From Paraspadella gotoi (lineage: Eukaryota > Animalia > Chaetognatha): DNA of 64,000 nt. Below are positions 55,326 through 64,000 of the stretch, one piece after another; positions within the stretch are counted from its first letter, which is position 1, and every line of letters starts with the position of its first letter. The notes beneath the pieces were generated by a model. The model did not search any database, was not told where the DNA came from, and saw only the letters and a program-made list of their open reading frames with translations. Location: assembly GCA_051294375.1 (NCBI GenBank), contig CM119263.1, forward strand, positions 13,343,240 to 13,407,239, given 5' to 3'. The position numbers were made by a program, and so were the translations under genes.

Positions 55326-56619
55326 NNNNNNNNNNNNNNNNNNNNNNNNNCCGCCTTTAAAAGGACCTCGCGCCCCGCGGAGGCCGGGGCTGGTCGGGCC
55401 CCTACTTTCCGGGCCGTGGGGGTGGCAGGCACCCCTCAGTCCTCACCTTAAACGCCTAAGCTGAAAAGAAACAACTCACTCCTATAGCTTTCGGTAATTT
55501 TAAAATCATATTTATATCATATATATGTTTTATGAAACAAATTCAAGCTCTTTTATTTCAGCCCACGTGCGTTTACTCGTATTTACTCGTATATTCGAAA
55601 ATCCATCCCGCCACCTCACAGACACTTCTTTCACCCTCTTTCCTTTTTGGCCAATCGTTTTGGGTCAAGCCAAGGCCACACGTTGCATACACTGGTGAGG
55701 TTCACGCCCCCGTTGCCCCTCGCCCCCGAACAGCTTCTCTCCAACCGACTATCCTCCCCAACTCAGTTTTGCCCCTTTGGACCTTGACCCCGATCTTCCA
55801 CCCCTGAAGAGCAGGGCCCCTCGTGATCTTGAGCCTCCTCGCCCCAAATTCGCCTCCCCCTCCCCCCTCCCTCCGACACGTCCTCGCCCTCCCTTTAAAC
55901 GCCATCACTGCCCCCGGCCTTCATGGGGTTTTAGTCTGACCAACATTATAGAGGATAAGGACGGGTCAAAGTCACGAAAAACAAAATTGCGCTTTCTCCT
56001 CTTTTCTTTCTTTCAGTCTTCCTTTTTTTCCTTTTTTTTTCTCCTTTTCTTTCGTATTTTTTTCTTCTGATATGATTTCTTTGTTTCTTTTTTTTTTCTC
56101 GCAAGCATATTTATCTCTGCCTTTATTACTCTCTTCTCTCTCTTTGTGTTTTTTCCTTCCGTTTATCTTTAATACTTTTTTTCTTATTTCTCTGTCTATT
56201 TCTTTATTTCTTGCGTTTTTATTTTTTGATTTTTTACATCTTTTAGCATCACTTAGGTTAGGATATTTTTACACTCTTATAGACAAAAACATTTTTCACG
56301 GATAAGCAAATATGTAATTTAGCTAAAAACTAATTTTTCTTAAGTTCTAAAGTATCCATGCCTCCCAAGGACTAGCTTCTCCGCGCCATCTTTTTTTTTT
56401 TTGGCAACTACGGTAATAATCCTTGGAAATCATTTAACTCCACCTATAACCGAAAACGATCATCTGAATTAGTTGAAAAAGAGGGAGGAGGTGAGAAAGT
56501 TTCGGTTAAAATGGGGAGACCTGGGGGAGCCTGGAGATTTGGAGGAAAAGTAGGAAGCAAGATTTGGAAAATCAATGTTACAATCAATGGTATAATTTAA
56601 AGGGTAACGATTTTCAAAT

Positions 56620-56850
56620 TGGTAGGTCAGATCGATGCGTTTCGAAAACCAAACTATTCATTCGAATCATACATATACGGGGTGGAGTGGAAAATTAAGG
56701 GTAGAAGCAGACATCCGGGGAAAAGAGCTCAAGGACGCGTCCGTTGGAAAGGGATGCCACGAATGAGACGGAACGCGATGAGTTCGAGAGTTACGATCGT
56801 CTGGAGGGAGGTTGAGGGGCCGTTGGACTAATAAACGACGATCATAACGA
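56620..56850 (-). mobile_element. Possible 3' end of a decayed CR1/Jockey-group LINE ORF2
   Basis: The translation RNSRTHRVPSHS..TDASLSSFPRMSASTLNFPLHPVYV*..FSKRID resembles the ORF2 tail RxTRxH..SFFPRTxxLWNxLP..FKxxV. Matched by eye. Confidence 0.35.
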
Positions 56851-56987
56851 CAGAACGACTGCTTTGACGACGATGAACGATTTTCGACGAAGAATAATGA
56901 GCTAAAGACTAGTAGCACACGGGAGGAAAACGAGTCCAGACGGTTAGCAGAGAGGTATGTGGAAGTAGGACGTGTCTGGCAGAGAGG

Positions 56988-57064
<77 letters not shown>

Positions 57065-57254
57065 GTGCAATTCCGGTGGTGGAGCCGCCCGAATCAGTTC
57101 AAAACGGCATTACCGACCTTCCCGGTCAATTTAATTTCACAATGCAGACTGCAGAGGTTTTAAGCTTAACTCATAATGACGTAAAACATTAAATGTTTTG
57201 GACGATAGAAAGAGAGTAGGATGGAATTGAGTAGGATGAGTCAAAAGCGATGAG

Positions 57255-57600
57255 AAAGTAGTATTTTGTAAAAAACATGGACACTCGTTACAAACACGGA
57301 CGTCATCATTGCTAAGTTCTTAGTTTTCTGCATGAAAACGATGACCATATCTTTGAACATGCAAACGAGGCTCGAGAGAAAACGAAATAAACGGTGAAGG
57401 GTCGCGACAACCGAGGAATCTCTGGCGCCTTCTTTCACGCTTACGTCTCTCTTCGTCTATGGAGAAGCGACTTCAGCGGAGACTTAGAGGCCGGTGGGGT
57501 TGGCGGCCAAGGCTGAATGGCCACCTTGGCCAGTGATCTGTCGGGCAAGGATCATTGACCAGTGGCTACGGAGTCTAGTGACGACGACGTAAGAAGCAGA
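57255..57600 (+). mobile_element. Decayed RTE-clade LINE, 3' part of the ORF
   Basis: With frameshifts, the ordered pieces are C/xTWTLVTNTDVIIAKFLVFCMKTMTISLNMQTRLERKRN, LRL(W/YG), RPRL and TLASDL. This matches the RTE order CETWTL..KLxxFxMxxLR..DRxxN..LRWYGH..GRPRxxW..DL. Confidence 0.5.
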
Positions 57601-57805
57601 AGCTTACTGCGAAGAAGAATTGATCGTAATTAATTGGAGGAGAACAATGGGTGAATGAGGTGACTCGCTAAAATTGTGAAATCAGAAGTTGTTGACGCAA
57701 AGATGAGAAAATAAGTGATTGCAATCTGTCCCATAATAAAAAACTGACCGACAACAATAACGCGCTCGATATAATAAAAACGCGCGAAGCCAAAGCGAAA
57801 TAAAA

Positions 57806-57845
57806 ATTAATCGCCGCGACCGTTTTATTTTTCGCGGCGATTAAT
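57806..57845. other. Perfect 14-bp inverted repeat with a 12-nt spacer
   Basis: ATTAATCGCCGCGA (57806-57819) / TCGCGGCGATTAAT (57832-57845). Confidence 0.9.
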
Positions 57846-57875
57846 ACGAGCGGAATTCAAGCAAATTAAAATGCG

Positions 57876-57987
<112 letters not shown>

Positions 57988-58700
57988 ATAGGATCCCAGA
58001 AAGTGAAAAGATGTCCAACTAATTCCTCTGCCTTTGCTTCATTTGATGCCAAACGAGAGGAAAGAAGGAGTAATGACGCTTATGGCAGTTGGAGCTGGCC
58101 CAAGCCTGGGTGGGGAAGGGGTGGGTGAACGGGTAAGGGGAGACAACGGAAGGAAAGGGAGAAAAAGAAGGACTGAATGAAAATGGGGCGGCACGGTTTC
58201 ATTGAGCGAGAAGGTTGAGGAGTAGGAGTGACTCAGAGGCGAAGGGGAAGGAAGTTAAAAAAATAAAGGGGACGGAAAGGGTAAGGAATGGTGATGACGT
58301 CGGAAATGGAAGACAGTAAAAACAGAAAGAAAGTCAAGAGAAAATATTAGAAGGGAAAAAGAGAAGAAGAATGACGGGAGAGAAAAGGAGGTAATTTTAA
58401 AATGTTGTGATTAAAAGGCACAAAGATACTGCAATTAACACTGCACCGTTTACTTGTAATTTTTAAAACAAAATTTTTTTCTAAAAAAGATACTGAATCT
58501 TTATTTTGTAGACAATTTAAATGTCAATTATTTAATGCTGTAAAAGAGTTTGTTTTAAAACTACTAATACGACAGATTTGATATAAGGTCATTTTTCGGG
58601 TATTAAGTATATCAACGTGATCACCAGCTGAAGAGAAACGTGTCTCTGCCCGGTCCGAAAATCCCTGTGAATGGAAAACAAAGTCCTTCGCGTGAGAGAA

Positions 58701-58733
<33 letters not shown>

Positions 58734-59143
58734 TAGACAGACCTTGTAAAATTATGCAAAGCATGCGGCGGCTGAGAATGGGTTGATAGTACTACGAACG
58801 AGCGTGTGTTCAGAATGCAATGATGGAAAAGGGAAAAACCAGGAGCCACGCGANNNNNNNNNNNNNNNNNNNNNNNNNNNNNNNNNNNNNNNNNNNNNNN
58901 NNNNNNNNNNNNNNNNNNNNNNNNNNNNNNNNNNNNNNNNNNNNNNNNNNNNNNNNNNNNNNNNNNNNNNNNNNNNNNNNNNNNNNNNNNNNNNNNNNNN
59001 NNNNNNNNNNNNNNNNNNNNNNNNNNNNNNNNNNNNNNNNNNNNNNNNNNNNNNNNNNNNNNNNNNNNNNNNNNNNNNNNNNNNNNNNNNNNNNNNNNNN
59101 NNNNNNNNNNNNNNNNNNNNNNNNNNNNNNNNNNNNNNNNNNN

Positions 59144-59180
<37 letters not shown>

Positions 59181-59339
59181 GATGCGAGGCTGGCTGGTGC
59201 AGGTGGAAGGGCGAGGCTTGATCGAGGGAGAGAACAGATGAGCTGAGTCTGGGATCGAGAAATTACAGAACACAAAAAGATAGGAAAGTAGAGATGATTG
59301 GCGCCAGCTGAGATTAATTTTTAATTCAAGATCTTTGCC

Positions 59340-60055
59340 AAAGAAAAAAAAACGTTTTAGAAAGAATCTGCTGGGTATAGAAAACGTAAGCAGAAAATTA
59401 GCTTGACTCACTTCTGAGCGAAAACGTTTTTTTTAGTCCAAGATTTTTTAAAAGTATTTTTTTTTAATCGACGATTTAAAATGGTTATTTATCCATACTA
59501 TGTTCAAATTTTTTTTTCTTTTTGAAATAACGTAACTTAATTGGANNNNNNNNNNNNNNNNNNNNNNNNNATCATCCTCTCCTCATCTCTCTGCTCTCGT
59601 CATAATGATCTCTCTGCATCTTCTCTCGTCTCGTCTCTCATGGCCTCATCAATCCTTTTCGCACTATCGCGCCAATCGCGTCGGCGACAACTGGTTTTGG
59701 GCAGATTCGATAACACGCGCAATTCTCTCTCTTCTCTCTCCTCTCGAATTCCTCATCCGTCTCTCAACATCTCGTCTCTCGTCTCTGCATCATCTCGTTC
59801 TCCTCTGCTCGCGTCTCTCTCTTCATTCTCTTTTTCCATTAAGTTTCCGTATTTTATCAAAAAGAAAAAAAAATTTGAACATAGTATGGATAAATAACGC
59901 ATTTTAAATCGTCGATTTAAAAAAAAAATAACTTTAAATAAATGCTTGGACATAAAAAAACGTTTTCGCTGCAGAAGTGAGTCATAGCTAAATTTTCTGC
60001 TCGTTTTCTTACGCGCAGGCAGTATTCTTTCTAAAATGGGCGTTTTTTTCCTTTT
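59340..60055. repeat. Fold-back (inverted) duplication of ~200 bp across a 25-N gap
   Basis: 59340-59545 is the noisy reverse complement of ~59835-60055 (ttatttatccatactatgttcaaa versus tttgaacatagtatggataaataa). Confidence 0.9.
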
Positions 60056-62051
60056 GAGAGAGAGAGAGAGAAAGAAAGAGAGAGAGGATGAATATTGAAA
60101 AAAGAGGAGACCGTGGGCCACAAATTGAACGCCATTACGACAATAAGCCTCCGACGCGCTCCCCATTGCGCGCCCTTTGACGCCCCCGCCGCCTTAAACG
60201 CCACAACGCAGCTGCCACCTCCTACAACGCCACAGACCACAGCCACCATCGCCCCCTATCGCCGGCGCCTCCTTCGATTTGCTCTCTTCTCCACTTCCGA
60301 TGGGAGTGCTCTCCCTCGTCCGCCCCTATGGTTCAGACTTTCATGGTTGCCACTACTGACATCTCCGCTCACTACAGCCACCACCCCGACCCCCGCCTTT
60401 ACCGTCGCCTCCGTCGGCCCGCGGTCCTCGTCAGAGTGACTGTCAATCTCACGACCCTCGACGCCGATTTGCAAACTGGAGATCTTTTTCTTTTTTCGTT
60501 TTTTTTTTTCTTTTTTTCTTTTTTTATGTTATTGTGTCTTTTTTCATTTCTTTCATTCTTTTTTGTCTTTCTTTGTTTATTATTATTTCTATATATTTAT
60601 TAAGGTAATTGATTTTAAAACATTCTTTCAATTCCAAACAAACCTACCTAACACATAGCTTTACACTTACCCATCGTCTTATTTTTACTTATTTTTCTTT
60701 TCGAATCCTTTTTCTCTCTTTATCTCCAAGCCCCACTTTCCAATCATTCCTCCTTCNNNNNNNNNNNNNNNNNNNNNNNNNNNNNNNNNNNNNNNNNNNN
60801 NNNNNNNNNNNNNNNNNNNNNNNNNNNNNNNNNNNNNNNNNNNNNNNNNNNNNNNNNNNNNNNNNNNNNNNNNNNNNNNNNNNNNNNNNNNNNNNNNNNN
60901 NNNNNNNNNNNNNNNNNNNNNNNNNNNNNNNNNNNNNNNNNNNNNNNNNNNNNNNNNNNNNNNNNNNNNNNNNTTGGGGTGGTCGAAATAGTTCGGGGTA
61001 GCCCGGAAGTGAGCGTTTTTTAGGTGGTCAAGAAAAAGTGGAATGCTACTCGAAGGGTAATAAAACACCGCTTGATCGTTTGATCCAAGTGCGGCTCTCG
61101 AGGTGGTTAAGGTGGCCTCGCGGTGGTCTTCCGGTGGTGGCTCCTGGACGTGCGAATAAATCATTCACCCATTGACTGAAACAAAACGTGCGTGAAGAGA
61201 GGAGGAAGGGGGGAAAAGAAAGAGAAGAAGTAACCCTTATTCGGCGGAAGCCGCGCAAACCAGCCGTTTCTGAGACCCTGGTAGGGCGTTGCGGGGCTCG
61301 GCCTTTTTCGGTGACCTCTTCAAAGCTCACAGATAACGACTTTACTGGCCAAAGGGCTCTCTTTGGTTCCCATGAGAACCCCTTAGCTGATCTCAACCTC
61401 TCCTCTTATTTTTACTTCTTTAGTTAATAATTTACTTCATCTTTTTAGACGATCCGTTTTTTTTTCCTTCGCCCATCCTGACTACTTATGGACCACTGCC
61501 ATTACCATCCTGACCAGGTCCTTCAAAATGATCTTGCTCGCCACGATTCACTTTTCGGTTCGCCAGTGAATTTTCGATTGACGCTTTGATTGTTTTGGAA
61601 ACGAGGCGCGTCATCCATGAAGGACTGAATGAGACAAAAAAACTCGGAATGCCTCTGTGAAATTGTTATATTTGTAGAGGTTATTCAATTTATTGTACTT
61701 TAAATCGAATGTTGCGGTCATTTTCAGAAATTAAATGCGGAGATAGAAAATATTTAGTTAGAACGTTTGAAAAAATGTTTACGTGCTCTTGCTTGTCTTT
61801 CTTCTCCGTATGGCCGTGCCTTTTTAAAACAAGAAAATTTAAAAGGGAAAAATTTTTTTTTTTTAGTCAGGGAAAAAATTTCAAGGGCTTTAGAACTTCA
61901 ACCTTACATAAAGAAAGCCGTTCAGAGAGATAAAAAAAAAAGTTTTAAGAAAAAACCTTAGAGAGAAATTTTAATTTTGTCTCCTTTCTCTCTGATATTT
62001 TTTTCTCCCTACTGGAGAGAAGAAAGAAAGTAGGAATCAAAAGGAGGGAGA

Positions 62052-62155
<104 letters not shown>

Positions 62156-64000
62156 AAGGCGAAAAACAGGGAGTATGAAGGATCTTTCTTTGAATGAGTA
62201 AGTCACGTACGGGAGGAGTGATTTATTGCTGCCTTGGAAAATTGAATCGGGGTGCGGGGCGGCGAAGAGGTAAGGGAAAGGGGGGTGGGAAAGAAAGTAG
62301 GGAGTGAAGGTAGGTAAGAGAAATGGGAGGAGAATCGAAAAGAAAGGGAAAGGAAAGTTGTGGTGCGAAAGGAAGGGAAGTGAACCCGGGTTAAAAATCT
62401 GAGGGGGAGGCGAATGGAACCTTAAGAGGATGGGAGGAACCGTGAGAAGAAAAGATGAAATTGTTAGAGAAAGAAAATTGAGACTTTATTTTTTTTGTTT
62501 TTTAAGTTGAAAATAATATTACAACGATTCGTTATATACATTAAACCACAAAAAATATGCTAAGCAATAAAGNNNNNNNNNNNNNNNNNNNNNNNNNNNN
62601 NNNNNNNNNNNNNNNNNNNNNNNNNNNNNNNNNNNNNNNNNNNNNNNNNNNNNNNNNNNNNNNNNNNNNNNNNNNNNNNNNNNNNNNNNNNNNNNNNNNN
62701 NNNNNNNNNNNNNNNNNNNNNNNNNNNNNNNNNNNNNNNNNNNNNNNNNNNNNNNNNNNNNNNNNNNNNNNNNNNNNNNNNNNNNNNNNNNNNNNNNNNN
62801 NNNNNNNNNNNNNNNNNNNNNNNNNNNNNNNNNNNNNNNNNNNNNNNNNNNNNNNNNNNNNNNNNNNNNNNNNNNNNNNNNNNNNNNNNNNNNNNNNNNN
62901 NNNNNNNNNNNNNNNNNNNNNNNNNNNNNNNNNNNNNNNNNNNNNNNNNNNNNNNNNNNNNNNNNNNNNNNNNNNNNNNNNNNNNNNNNNNNNNNNNNNN
63001 NNNNNNNNNNNNNNNNNNNNNNNNNNNNNNNNNNGCGGACCTGCGACGACGACGACGACGATAACGACGACGACGATAACGACTCTGATGAGCGTGAGAT
63101 AATTAGTGTCAACGATCCCTTTAATATATACCGTGTTTTTAGCTGCGAAGAAAACTGCTTAGAGTATGAATTGTATTGTGGATGAAAAGAAAGTATTATT
63201 AGTAAGTCTTTTTTTTTCATTTATTATGCATCGATGACGAACGTGATTTGAGCAAACCTGTGTGAGTGAGAGAGAGAGATTCAGGGAAAAAATGACTAGG
63301 GAAAACGTGCCAAGAAAATATGAAAAGAANNNNNNNNNNNNNNNNNNNNNNNNNNNNNNNNNNNNNNNNNNNNNNNNNNNNNNNNNNNNNNNNNNNNNNN
63401 NNNNNNNNNNNNNNNNNNNNNNNNNNNNNNNNNNNNNNNNNNNNNNNNNNNNNNNNNNNNNNNNNNNNNNNNNNNNNNNNNNNNNNNNAGAGAGGGGGAG
63501 AGAATTAAATGAGGCATGGAGCAAAAGTGAAGCAAAAAAACGTCAAAACTGCGTTTGTTTCTCGAGGGCTGCCAAGTGAACCGTGGAGAATGTATTTTAA
63601 ACTGAAGAAAATTATGATGGCGAAAACATGAGTTTTAACGTTTAAAAGAATTTTCAACTTGAATTTGTATCGTTTAAAAAAGCAACAAAAGAAATCTATT
63701 GTAGTTACCTTTCGAATTTTATAATTATCATTTTAATAAATATTTCTTTTAATCATTGAAAGTTTTTTTAAAGCAGTGCGCAATTCCACTCGCGATAAGT
63801 ACATTTCCAAGCCTTCGATCAAAGCAAAGAAGAGATTAGAAGGACGAGCAAAGCGAATGCGACAGCCTCGTTTGGGAAAGAGGGAAAGGGAGGAAGAAAG
63901 AGAGGGAGAGGGTCGTCAGGGGGGGAAAAGAAAAATAAAAAGATTTGGCAGGGAGGGTGAGAAGGCGCCAAAAACGTAGAGGCTGGTAGGAGGGCGTTGG

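Noticed and set aside
60974-61175. Possible minus-strand exon after gttttgtttcag
   Set aside because: Two frames are partly open, but there is no recognisable product or donor site and the sequence runs into a gap.

Overview
This is eukaryotic (metazoan, probably arthropod; inferred) non-coding DNA from a draft assembly, saturated with (GA/CT)n, (GAAA)n, (GAAT)n and poly-A/T tracts. I recognise no intact protein-coding gene, and nearly all ORFs in the track are microsatellite or low-complexity read-through. About 25 kb is redundant: blocks 1-5.6 kb, 15.1-19.9 kb and 48.4-50.9 kb recur as indel-noisy tandem or inverted copies, mostly next to gaps of exactly 25 N. That pattern fits long-read gap-filling artefacts better than real segmental duplication. 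The unique sequence holds a tRNA-derived SINE, several decayed non-LTR retrotransposon fragments, a 5 x ~133-bp tandem array, and two weak minus-strand exon candidates (8.7-8.9 kb; a spliceable small ORF at 37.8-38.0 kb). It also holds several perfect short inverted repeats, one pre-miRNA-like, and CpG-rich islands with clustered transcription-factor motifs (triple TCACGTGA; forkhead/ETS/AP-1; an EcRE-like IR1). The window reads as a large intron or regulatory desert. I found no convincing new biological system, and the leads below are modest and testable.
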